DNA of 61,825 nt, the filler included, from Thamnocephalis sphaerospora (Eukaryota), in NCBI GenBank assembly GCA_003614735.1. It is 12 parts of 12 records of this genome, joined end to end, with 100 filler letters (N's around TTAATTAATTAA, not from the genome) between each part and the next. Parts side by side here need not be neighbours in the genome. Positions count along the whole stretch, not along the records: positions 1 to 5,115 come from KZ993306.1; positions 5,216 to 10,328 come from KZ993307.1; positions 10,429 to 15,431 come from KZ993308.1; 9 more parts are not named here. One strand, written 5' to 3'. The position numbers and the translations under genes are program-made. The stretch's first letter is position 1, and each line of letters begins with the position of its first letter. The notes under the pieces were generated by a model, which worked only from the letters and a program-made list of their open reading frames with translations, was not told the DNA's origin and did no database searches. Of this stretch, positions 1-10,702 are shown one piece after another.

Positions 1-215
1 CGCAAACTGCACCGTCAGTGTGGATTTGCCTGGCAGCGAGCGGTCAAGCGTGGTAAGCAGCGCAGTCGCCAGTGCCACGGCGCACTGCAGATTTGGCAGC
101 GGTGGCGGTTGCCGTGCTGCTCAAGCCTCCTCCATCTCCCCTGGCCAGCAAACTTACCGACGGCACGGAAGCCAAGCACCACAATCTTTCGACTTTTACC
201 ACTGGACGCATCCAT
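1..215 (-). CDS. RHB1: Rheb small GTPase, 5' part (exon 1 215-158, intron 157-30, exon 2 29-1; truncated by window edge)
   Basis: Spliced translation MDASSGKSRKIVVLGFRAVG|KSTLTVQFA. The G-x-R-x-V-G-K P-loop with Arg is Rheb-typical; intron GTAAGT...CAG. Confidence 0.85.
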
Positions 216-614
216 GTTGCCAGCTACTGACAGACCAGCTATAGGTCCAAGGCAGGTGGAAAAAGTCAGTGGTGGTGCCTACACCAAACCAGAGAATACA
301 CAGAGGAAACACAATCGGTGAGCACCAAAAGGTAGGACGGTGAGAAGCACTGGACGCAGCTGATGAAGACAAGGCGGCGGGTGAAATGGTCTGGTGCGTT
401 AGGGGCAAAGAGTCAGGTCAGGTGGTGGTGGAGGAGGAGATGACAGCAAGGAGGATAACAAAGAGGGCGGCGATATTACCTGACGATGATGCTAGGCTGC
501 CGATCAGGGGCCTGTTCTCTCTATTCACGAGCGATGACGACAGACCTACTTCTTGTTTAGTCGACCAGGATGGTATTTATTGCTGTTTGCAAGCACCTGC
601 CGCAGACCATGTCG

Positions 615-1898
615 TCACGGCTTCCTGCAGTACTGCGTGGCTCGGTCAACGTAGCGTGCAATCGACGCTACAGGTTCTCGCGCCACCTGTCTGGTCTGCT
701 TGATGGGCTTCTTCCACTTTGGCCAGCAGCCAGCTCTGCACACCTCGTCAGGCGAGCATCCTTCTTCAAGCGCACACAGAGCGCCACCATAGCGGAAAGT
801 AACCAGGCCAAGCTCACCAGGCAGTGCGAGCTGCTTGGCTACCGACTGGATATTTCGTTTCAGGCGTTCTTTGGCAGACCGAACACCCTTGGTATCTTTT
901 TTAACATCGAAAATGCACATGCCATCATGCAATGGGTTGGCGGTGTTGACACGGAACTTGAGCCAGGCACGGAGTGCTCGCATAGGACACAGTCGGTGGT
1001 TTTGGAGTACGGGAAGTTGAAAGATATAGCCTTGATCAAGCTCTAGGCTTGATAGCGATACGGGCGCTATAATGGCACTGCCCATCAGCGTCCCGTCCCC
1101 AGCCATCTTGGGTTTACACAGCCGTGCACGGACGATCGACGTGGCACTCATCATGCCGTAATAAGCAAGTAGAATCATCATCCAAATGCGCGCATCTGAC
1201 TCCTGCTTCAGATTCATGACATCGCGAATGCAAAGGAGCATCTCGGGTGCTGCCGGCTGCTGGAATGGCACGCCCATGGGCAGGCAATCGATAAACAGGC
1301 CGGCTACCACATCGCGTGGCCAGTGCGCTTCTGTGCAAGGTTCGGAGGTTGGCATCGTTTTGTTGGGGGTGCTACTACTACTACTACTACTGTTGCTGGG
1401 CGTTGATGCGGTCGTGGCGATGGACACTGGTGCTACGGGACTCAGGCGCGGATCTGCCGCTTCTTTTAGCCTTGCTGTCGTGCTGGCCGTCGACTGGTTC
1501 ACCGTCGATGCCGAAGGTGGCGGTGCTACCCTGCCAGTGTCCACCTTTGTTGTACCAGACGGGTTTCCGACAGGTGGACATGCGTCATCAGTTTGTGTAG
1601 ACCTGATGGCATACCAATCGTCGATATCAGCGCTGCTTGGTGAGCTAGAACAGCTGAGACTGCCGGTCATATCTGCCGTTTCTTTTGGCGCCTTTCCCTT
1701 GTCAACACCAACATGCTGCTGTCCACGGGCGTTGGGCGCAGCCTGTTGTGCCTTGGCTATGCCAATATTCTCCAGAGCTAGCATGGCCTGGTGCATCTGC
1801 TTCGCCACCATGCCCAAGTCATTGGCGGCGCTGCGGAATACATCGGCCATGGACGAGATCTGGTCCACCTCTTGGCTCTTTTCCGAATTCTCCAACAT
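615..1898 (-). CDS. Protein with low-complexity S/T/P N-terminus and a C-terminal degenerate tyrosine-recombinase (DIRS/Ngaro-type) domain
   Basis: PAAPEMLLCIRDVMNL..DARIWMMILLAYYGMMS, LCPMRALRAWL and VTFRYGGA...G.....V...GCW follow the YR pattern. Start chosen at MLENSEK (ORF stays open to 2045). Confidence 0.75.
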   Translation of the reverse strand: MLENSEKSQEVDQISSMADVFRSAANDLGMVAKQMHQAMLALENIGIAKAQQAAPNARGQQHVGVDKGKAPKETADMTGSLSCSSSPSSADIDDWYAIRSTQTDDACPPVGNPSGTTKVDTGRVAPPPSASTVNQSTASTTARLKEAADPRLSPVAPVSIATTASTPSNSSSSSSSTPNKTMPTSEPCTEAHWPRDVVAGLFIDCLPMGVPFQQPAAPEMLLCIRDVMNLKQESDARIWMMILLAYYGMMSATSIVRARLCKPKMAGDGTLMGSAIIAPVSLSSLELDQGYIFQLPVLQNHRLCPMRALRAWLKFRVNTANPLHDGMCIFDVKKDTKGVRSAKERLKRNIQSVAKQLALPGELGLVTFRYGGALCALEEGCSPDEVCRAGCWPKWKKPIKQTRQVAREPVASIARYVDRATQYCRKP

Positions 1899-2143
1899 GC
1901 TGATGGTGGCTTGGTGCTTGAGCGTGTGTAGATGGGCGCAAGACAGATGGACAGTAGGGGGGAGGGGGAATGGTGGTCCGCGCTGATCCATGAGAGAGGT
2001 TTTAAAGTCTGCAGCCCAACGCAGGGGGGCGTCTCGGCATTGCAAGTGAATAGGTATGTGTTGTAGACCGTAATAATAATCACAGTTCCGTTGTCTTTGC
2101 CGTAGTCATGGTTGCAGCATGCGGCACGGGCGTTTTGGCGCAT

Positions 2144-3459
2144 TCATGGCGCTGGCATGCTGCGAAACTGGTACGCTCGAACATAGTCGGTCAATCGTGC
2201 TGCAAACAGCAGCGCTTCACGTGAAGTTAGCGGTGGCTGCTGAATCCAGCCTGCCACACGGCCAACCAGCGATGGCGGTAGACCAGCTGCCACCGCACTG
2301 ACAGCACCGCCTATGCGTATTGACGTCATGCCATGCTGCCAGCGGATGCCAGCGCGTGCTAGCACAGATGCCAGCTGCTTGTCTAGCCAGTCTGCGTTAC
2401 GCTTCACCAGCGCAGCTGACAGGGGCATGGTGGCGCCATCAAGTAGTTTGTCGTTGCGGTTGTTGTGCAACAGCCAGCGCTCTAGCGCGCGATACGGGCA
2501 GAGAATGCTGCCTTGAATTGCTTCAAGGTAGATGGGCGTTTGGGTAAACTTGCCATGCATCTTTGTTCGCTTTCGCATCAGCAGATGAGGATGGTGGATG
2601 TGCACGTCAGTGCCTGGCAGCTGCGGATCAAGACTGCTGGTCTTGCTGGGCAGATCGTGCTTTGCATACAGACCAAAGAAACTGAAGAGACAGACGGTCC
2701 AAAAGTACGCGTCCAGCGCATCAGCCATGTTCATGGCGAGGGGTATTTGGCAGAACAGATCCAGGGTCATGGGGGTGGTTTGATTTGCCTTTGGCACCTC
2801 AAGCTCTTTGAATAGGAACCAGCTACAGCCTTCTTCGGCTAGCGCAGCATAATCGATGCCATTGTCTGGAAACAGCGAGGCTGGTGCTGCTGGCACGCGT
2901 TTTTTGTGTAGGACTGCTGCAGGAAAAGCATTTGTGTCGTGCTGTATCGTAGTGGTTTTGCTTGGTGAGGCGGCACCAAGGGACAGCGTGAGCAACATAT
3001 CATTTGCACTGAGCAATGAATATCTGCTTACCGCAATTCGCTGGCTTCTGTCTCCACTTGCGATGCGTCTCTGGCTGTAGCATCATCGCTAGTCACCGCA
3101 GTGCTCGTCAGCTTGCTGTCCACTTTGGCATGCTCTTGCTGGTCCGTTTCCGCCAGTGTTGGTCTCTCGTTGCCGTTCTCCTCAGTCGACACATACAGGG
3201 TCTTTGTTGCTACAGGTTGTGCACGATACTCGAGCGGCTTTACGCCAGCGGCTGGGCGCCCCACAGACTGTACAGACCGTATACGCTTGTTGGCGGGGCG
3301 GCGTTTAACGGGTGACGTAGTGCGCCGCAATGTGCGAATAGACCGACACATCGCCACGAATGCGTTGGTCAGAAAGCGCACTTCGCCGGACACACCTGGC
3401 GGTTGGACGTGGTAGCGCTGGTCGCTGATCGACTCGGGTGTGATGCCGCTGGATGTCAT
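2144..3459 (-). CDS. Second degenerate tyrosine-recombinase-domain protein, probably two exons (3459-3032; acceptor at 3009 or 2961; stop at 2144)
   Basis: PMTLDLFCQIPLAMNM..DAYFWTVCLFSFFGLYAK, KRTK, LCPYRALERWL, TSIRIGGAVSAVAAG...AGW. GTAAGC donor at 3031; both candidate acceptors keep the frame. Confidence 0.75.
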
Positions 3460-3568
3460 GACGTACGGTGGTCTGAAGCAAAGGCAAGTGGAAATGAGAG
3501 TAGCCGGCTGCCGTGTTTACCAGCCGTGCCCATTCAATTTATTGTAGTGCATCCTGTCCGCAAAAGGG

Positions 3569-5115
3569 CTACATGGCTGCCTGGTCGCAGCTATCCGCCT
3601 AAATGTGCGCATGGTGAGTGTTTGTACGTGCATTCCATGCGCATGCCGCGCTATACGCACCTGGTCTTCGTCATCAAGGAGGCAGATGTGGACCTCGGCC
3701 AGGTTGCGGTCCTGTCTGGAGCGCAAATGCTTGATGTGCGCCCAGAGTGCAGCTTCATCTTCCTTGCTGGACATGGCACATCCGGTAGTTCCATTCGCAC
3801 TTTTGTCCTGAACACCACGTGTGTACGTTGTCTGAAGCGCAACAGCTGTCGACGACTCGCTTGCCAACAAAGATGCTCCGTCTGTGGTGGTGGGATGATC
3901 AGAATTATCATCGTTGACTGCCGTGATGTCAGTAGACGCGGCGAGGTGAATGGGTGTCTCGGCACTATAGTCGCGGGTATACTCGATGACTGTGCGCTGC
4001 AGTGTCTTGTTGTGCTGCAGTTGCACGCCAGTAAAGATGTCTAGCTTGCGGTCAGCATTGTCATCCAGCGCGCATCGGATGGCGACCGCTTGATGGCCAG
4101 GCCGAAGGAACGAAAACTCGGCTTGGAACGAGTCACCCGGTGCAAGTGAGGATGGCAGCGCCTCTGGATCAAACGGCTGTAGCGATAGCACATTCTCCAG
4201 CTGCAAGGTGCGACTGCTGCAGCGGTTTGTAATAGTGATGCAAAGTCGAGCAGACACGGGTGCGTATTTCTCTGCCAGCAAAAAGAGGATAAGCAAACAG
4301 ATAGACTGAGTATACGTGACAACTTACTGTTTGGAACCACTGTGATATCCTCTTGCTACTTGTTCACCAGATGGTTAGTCGACCGTTGACCGTACGTATT
4401 TATGCAGCGCTACTTACTGGAAGGCAATCGACGTCACGCAGCGAGACGGTAAGCATACCGGGCGACTGCACAGCTTCGTAGACTGCAAGCAACGAAGTCT
4501 GGCCTTTGACCAGTGAAATATCGCGCTCCATAAGATAGCCAGCAGCAAAGTTGAACAGCTGGCGTGGTATGACGCTCTCGATAAAGTGCTCCAGGTATTG
4601 TGCATTGTCAAGATCATGGTCGCTAGCCTGGGAGGCATACATCAGCTCGGCGGTAAAGCCGCGAGGTCTCAGTGAAACAAACAGTCGCGAATGCATATTG
4701 ATGGCGTGTCGTCTGCTGCCGCGATGTTCTACGGCAAAGAGAAAGCGCAACGGTGGCGCTGTGTCGCTTGTGACGCGCGTGTACTTGCGTAGACAGTGTG
4801 TATCCCGCTCCAAGTACTCGCCGTTGCACTCGTAGGCATGGCCAGAGGCAGGGTCAAATGCCGGCGACAACACCCTGAGGGCCAGATTGGCTTTTGCCAT
4901 ATTCTCTATTAGTAGCGGCACCTTGCCAAGCCATTCCATCGAGTTTTTCAAGAGCACTCGCGTGTGGATATCGGCATTCTCTCCAGGCATTCTATCGAAC
5001 CGGCAACGTGAGAACGAAGCAGAAGTGTGACGCTGTGCATGACGGCACATACCTAGAGCTGGATGAAGGCACAAACGTGGGCTGCTGTGGCGACATGAGC
5101 AGCATCCTATCGTTG
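3569..5115 (-). CDS. Multi-exon hypothetical protein with a possible Ig-like (ASH/TRAPP-type) beta-sandwich segment; 5' end may be truncated
   Basis: ORFs 4400-5074 and 3517-4296 join in frame through a 28-nt mini-exon (QEDITVVPN) with GTAAGT donors and a GACTAAC branch site. Pattern ITITN..L.LENV...LAPGDSFQAEFSF. 3' end is 3569 or 3517 depending on a last intron. Confidence 0.5.
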
Positions 5116-5215
5116 NNNNNNNNNNNNNNNNNNNNNNNNNNNNNNNNNNNNNNNNNNNNTTAATTAATTAANNNNNNNNNNNNNNNNNNNNNNNNNNNNN
5201 NNNNNNNNNNNNNNN
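5116..5215. other. Artificial contig spacer (N44-TTAATTAATTAA-N44); identical spacers at 10329, 15432, 20644, 25727, 30897, 36066, 41237, 46392, 51546 and 56688
   Basis: Identical 100-nt N runs with a six-frame stop linker; genes are truncated on either side. Confidence 0.99.
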
Positions 5216-5979
<764 letters not shown>

Positions 5980-6777
5980 GGCAACGATCGTACGGGAAAT
6001 GCAGCGTGATCGTAGGTCGGTGTCGGCGGGGTATATAGGAGAAAGGTGAGCGGGAACAGGTCGGCAAGCAGAAAGGGACTGGTGGGGCAAGTAGCGGTCG
6101 TAGCGGCACCGCCAGGAGTGGCAGCGTGGAAATCACTGTCGCAATCGTCACTGCGATGAGAACCCCTGCTCCGCTTCAACTACCAGCGCGCTTTTAACCC
6201 CTGCCACCCACATAAATAAAAGTCGCCTCTCTTTGCATGCTCTGACGCGCCATGTCTTTTACCTCTTCTTCGCCTATCCTGTCTGGCTTTGGTCAGCAGC
6301 CCCTCTTGTATATTCAACTGACTCTTCTGCGCCTGTACGCCATGCCCGTCTAGTACTTGGTGAGTATGCAGCCCGTGCGCACGCGTGATCCCTCCATTTC
6401 TCCCTTCTGGCCCGATCGAAGCCTGTCTTTCCTTTCGCGGGCGTGCGCAACAATTACGCGCGCGTCCGTCCGTGGACTGAGCAGGTCAAAGCGAGGCCTA
6501 TATCAAACCAACTCCCTTTTTCACGGTCGCTATCTGAGTCAGGCGTATGCCAGGCCCAAAGGGTCATGACCTGAATAGCATTACCCAAAGGGGAGACATG
6601 CCTTTTCTTGTTGCTTCCTCCGCAGTAGTGATGCGCACGAGAAAACAACGGCTAACCTTGACGTATCAACGCAGATGCTGGCCGGCAGGTCATGGCTGGG
6701 TTCTCCGTACACACGCATACTATGGTATGTAACAATACACTTTTTTTTGAATCCTGCCCATCAGTGCTCCCAGTGAG

Positions 6778-6874
6778 ACGACAGTGAGGATGAATCTGTT
6801 TTTTGACATGTTAGACTACCTACGCCATCGTGCGATTGAGGATCTATATGAACAATCCAACACTGAGCTGTCGT
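6778..6874 (+). ncRNA. Box C/D snoRNA with two guides to 25S rRNA; D-guide is SNORD69/HBII-210-like
   Basis: Terminal stem ACGACAG/CTGTCGT, box C AGGATGA (6787), box D CTGA (6863). 13-nt guides TGAACAATCCAAC and GACATGTTAGACT are identical to the rRNA-antisense strand at 15889-15901 and 18250-18262. Confidence 0.85.
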
Positions 6875-6983
6875 GCACACGCCCTCTCTTTCGCATCTGT
6901 ACGTGTGTGGCGCACGCTAACCATGGCTGTCGCGCTCATTAGATAATATGTAAGCATACCAGACAACACATGCACGCTGCGTT

Positions 6984-7064
6984 GGGCGAGGATGAGTTTT
7001 TATTTTAAGACATGTTAGACCTGATGTGCTTTTGCACCTTGAAGTCACTTTTCTTGCTGAGCCC
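6984..7064 (+). ncRNA. Box C/D snoRNA with a D' guide to 25S rRNA
   Basis: Stem GGGC/GCCC, box C AGGATGA (6989), guide AGACATGTTAGAC (7008-7020, matches 18249-18261) followed directly by CTGA; terminal D box CTGA at 7057. Confidence 0.75.
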
Positions 7065-7152
7065 TTTTTTCGCGAATGTGGATGCGCCACAAGCAAAATG
7101 TACACGCGTGCTAACTGTTGCTTGGTAGATGCAAAATGCGAGAAAATAAAAG

Positions 7153-7224
7153 CGGTCGCACTGAGAATCGAACTCAGGTCCCCAGATTCAAAGTCTGATG
7201 TGCTAACCATTACACCATGCAACC
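7153..7224 (-). tRNA. tRNA-Gln (TTG)
   Basis: GGTTGCA/TGCGACC acceptor stem, anticodon loop CTTTGAA, T-loop GTTCGATT, downstream T-run. Confidence 0.93.
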
Positions 7225-7806
7225 ACACTAGCGATTGGCCGCTGAGCCAGCACTAACATTGTAATGGAATTCTGGTCAAATAGCGCTTCTGCGGCGTTTT
7301 TTAATTGTTGAAGGAGAGCTGGACACCTGGGCCAGCGGTTAGCACTCCAGCTCAAACTTGCAATGCTTCAGAATCGAATGCCACTAGTCATGGGCGTTGT
7401 GCCAATTCTACAAGTGAAAAAAGTGCTTTGCGGACTTTTCGCTTTTGATCACTTGTGACTTTGCCCACGGCTAGCATTGTCATTCTTATGCTCATCCTGT
7501 TTGTCGACGGATGACCCGCTGCTAATCAGGTTGGAACATTAGGCAGTTACGAGGTTAGCGGTATGTGATATATATATATATCAGTGGAGCGCTCTTCAAC
7601 AGCCAAACAAGTATTTTAGCAAAATTGCAATGAACATAAAGCGCTTCAGCTAAGGATTTTTTGTTTGCTTGAATGCGCCTTGGTGTTTGGAACCCATCGA
7701 GTATACAGCCTTAGACGACGGTGACATGGTTGTTGAAGATGTGACACGAGCGGTACAGCGGGCTTGATGATGCGAGATCTAGTATTTAATACGTATACTG
7801 CGTGGC

Positions 7807-10328
7807 CTACAAAGCACCCAGCAGCTGAAGGGCTAGTCGTTCCTGGTCTTCTAGTGTTGTCGGCTCGGCAACTTCCATAATCCTGGCGCGTTTTTTAGAT
7901 GGCTTCTGGCTGCGGCGGTGAGCGTCCACGTCGCTTTCCTCGCTATCGCTTCCAGAACTGATATGCTTGCGTGCGCGAAGCGATGCTGAGCTGGTAAAGT
8001 CACCGTCATCGTCGTTCTCAAAGCCACCCGAATCGGACATGGCATCGTTGTCGCTTGCGCCGCCCAGCTCGACGACCATCTGCTCATGATCATCCGTCGC
8101 CTAGCATTGACAAACACAATAGGCGTGTCAGTGTACGTTGCATCACATCACACAATAACAAGATAGATGCGCCCATACGCCACGTACCTCTCGCTCACGC
8201 TGCTTGCGCTTTTGGCGCTTCTCGCGCCGTTTCTCGCGCGCCGTGGCACGGTCGGCTGCATCAGCGTCACGCATCTCGGCCAGTCCCTTTTCAACGTAGG
8301 CACGCTGCTTCTCGCTCACGCTGCCCTCCTTCATAAAGTCATCCAGCGCCTCGAATTCGTAGACAGGATGTGCCTAGTAGAACGGCGGTCGTAAGTGAGA
8401 TGCCATATGAGCCGTTTGGCCAGAGATACTGCGCCTACCTCGCCCTCGTCGTCAAAGAGAAGCTTTTCGCCTCGTGTGGCGGTCTTGACAATCTCCTTCT
8501 TTGTCTTGCGCAAGCTACGCTTCGACTGCTGGCTGTGCACCTAGAGAGATGTTTAAACACATATTAGCTTTGGCATTGTGCATGCAAGTGTAATGATGGC
8601 GTACTGGAAGTGTGTCATCGTCCAAATCGTGGTCGACGCGCTTTAGCGTCATAAAATCGTCGTCGTCGTCGCCTGCGTCGGTCAGCTTGGTCATGGCCAG
8701 TCGATCACCCTCCTGATCGACAAGCTTTGTGTAATGGTCGGCAAGAATAGACTGGTTCTTGCGCTGGAACATACGGTCGATTTTGCTCTTTGGCTGCGCC
8801 TTTTGCTTGACGCTGACAGCCTTTTCTTCGCTTTCGCTCGCGTCACTTTCTGATCCGCTTTCTTCGGACGCTGCTGCACTCGACTGATCCTCATCATCAT
8901 CATCATCCTCATCGCTCTCATCGCTCAGATCCGACACTGGTTCCTGCTGCGCCTGACGAGATTCATTCTTCTTGTCCGATGTCTGTGAAAAGCAACAACA
9001 GCCAATAGACTCGGTTAGGCGCTAGTATGTTCCGAAAATGGTGCAGCAGTCTTTCACACACGCCTACCTTAACAAAGCGGATTCTGGGCGCACCAGGAAG
9101 ACCAAGAGAGGCGGCATACTCCTCCAGCGGCAGTGCACTGACATCAAACACATCCTTGTTCCGCTGAAGGTACACGGAGCGCACATAGGAGACGAATGTC
9201 TGATCGCAACATGTCAGCGCGCCTGTAGCAGCAGAACGCGACGTGGACCTCACCTTTTGACCCAGGTATTTGATTTCGGGATCCTTGAAGCAGAAAGCTT
9301 GCATTTGCTGCTGAATTGACTGCTTGCGACTTTGCTTTACACGGATTTTCTCGATTGGCACGCGCTTCTTCTTTAGCAGCTCCACCATGGCCTCCTCCTC
9401 CGACGGGAGCAGGAACAGCAGGGCGCGACCGGCCAGGTCGTAGCGGGCCGTGCGGCCGACACGGTGAATGTAGGTGTCAGCGTCCTCTGGACAGTCCACC
9501 TGCAGCACCCAGTCAACAGCCGGAAAATCGAGACCGCGTGCTGCCACGTCTGTGCAGAACAGATAGGCGTGCTTGGTGCGTGAGAACTGTGTAAAGATAT
9601 CCACGCGTTTCTGCTGCTTCTGTTTGCCGTGTAGCTGCATCAGCGGAACACCAGGTTGCAGTTTGCAGAACGTTTCAAACACAAAGCGAACTTGCTTGCA
9701 GCTAGACAGAAACACTATTGCCTTGCACTGCAGATGCGTCTTCATGAACGAAAACAGCATATCCAGCTTCCCTGGGAGCTCTGTGACCATGTAGTGCTGC
9801 TGAAGCTGCTTTGGCGTGCTGTAGTCGGATTTATCGTGCACTGCAATGTACTCTGGGTTCTATTTACGCAAACAAGGTTGCGGTGAGATTACCGGTTAGC
9901 ATCTGTTCGCGATTCTGTAGTGGCAGTAGTGGCAAGGCTGGATAGCTGCTGCCGCCACACACCTGAAGACTCAAACGCGCCAAGTCCTTGACGGATTTAG
10001 TTTGCGTAGCAGAGAAAAGCATCGTCTGTCGATGTTTTGGCAAATTCTCAATGATGGCGTTGAGTGTTTTGGCAAAGCCCAAATCCAGAATGCGATCCGC
10101 CTCATCCAGCGCTAAATGGATTATAGCCGTGCGCCGTGTACCCAGTGTTAGATAGTCGCCTGCATCTTCACGCGTGAGATTTCGGCCGTCTACGCACCGA
10201 GCACCTGCAGATTGCTGCAGTCAAAGTTGGGCGTCTGGTCCATATGCTGCAGCAGACGGCCAGGCGTACACACGAGAATGTTCATGCGGGTGATACGCTC
10301 CTGCTCTGTCTTTAAATCTTTTCCACCA
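7807..10328 (-). CDS. DBP4: DEAD-box RNA helicase Dbp4/DDX10, multi-exon, 5' truncated
   Basis: [68 protein letters not shown]-terminal [12 protein letters not shown]. Confidence 0.93.
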
Positions 10329-10702
10329 NNNNNNNNNNNNNNNNNNNNNNNNNNNNNNNNNNNNNNNNNNNNTTAATTAATTAANNNNNNNNNNNNNNNN
10401 NNNNNNNNNNNNNNNNNNNNNNNNNNNNGGCGCGTGGTAGTGCTGCTTTCATATCAACGCGGACTAGGTATATTATTGAACGCACGCTGGGCGTCACAGC
10501 ACTCGCAGCTGACAAAGATCGTGGGATAGTGAAGGATGAAGACAGGGCGGGCGGGTGTAGAGTGTACCGACGAAAACAGGTGTGGTCATGCAGCGAGGAG
10601 AGTGAGACAAGGGTGGGCCCGGTGGTGTGGCTATGATGGCAGTTGCGGCGCTGGCATCGAGGCGCCGTGCTCTCTCCAGCCTGCTGCCAGTGCAAGCAGT
10701 AC

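Larger units (their letters stand above)
6225..7150 (+). ncRNA. Putative non-coding snoRNA host gene, divergent from LPD1, with four introns (6360-6484, 6545-6674, 6725-6942, 6950-7128)
   Basis: GTGAGT/GTATGC/GTATGT/GTAAGC donors, GCTAAC branch sites in introns 2-4, YAG acceptors. Spliced exons give only short ORFs. Pyrimidine-rich start and a downstream AATAAA; ends are approximate. Confidence 0.65.

Noticed and set aside
615..3016. Active DIRS/Ngaro/Crypton mobile element
   Set aside because: No RT, RNase H, gag or terminal repeats were seen, and catalytic residues are missing.
3470..3525. Splice-generated in-frame TGA as a selenocysteine or readthrough fusion of the upstream gene to the YR gene
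   Set aside because: No SECIS-like element found, and an alternative upstream intron gives a normal TAG stop.
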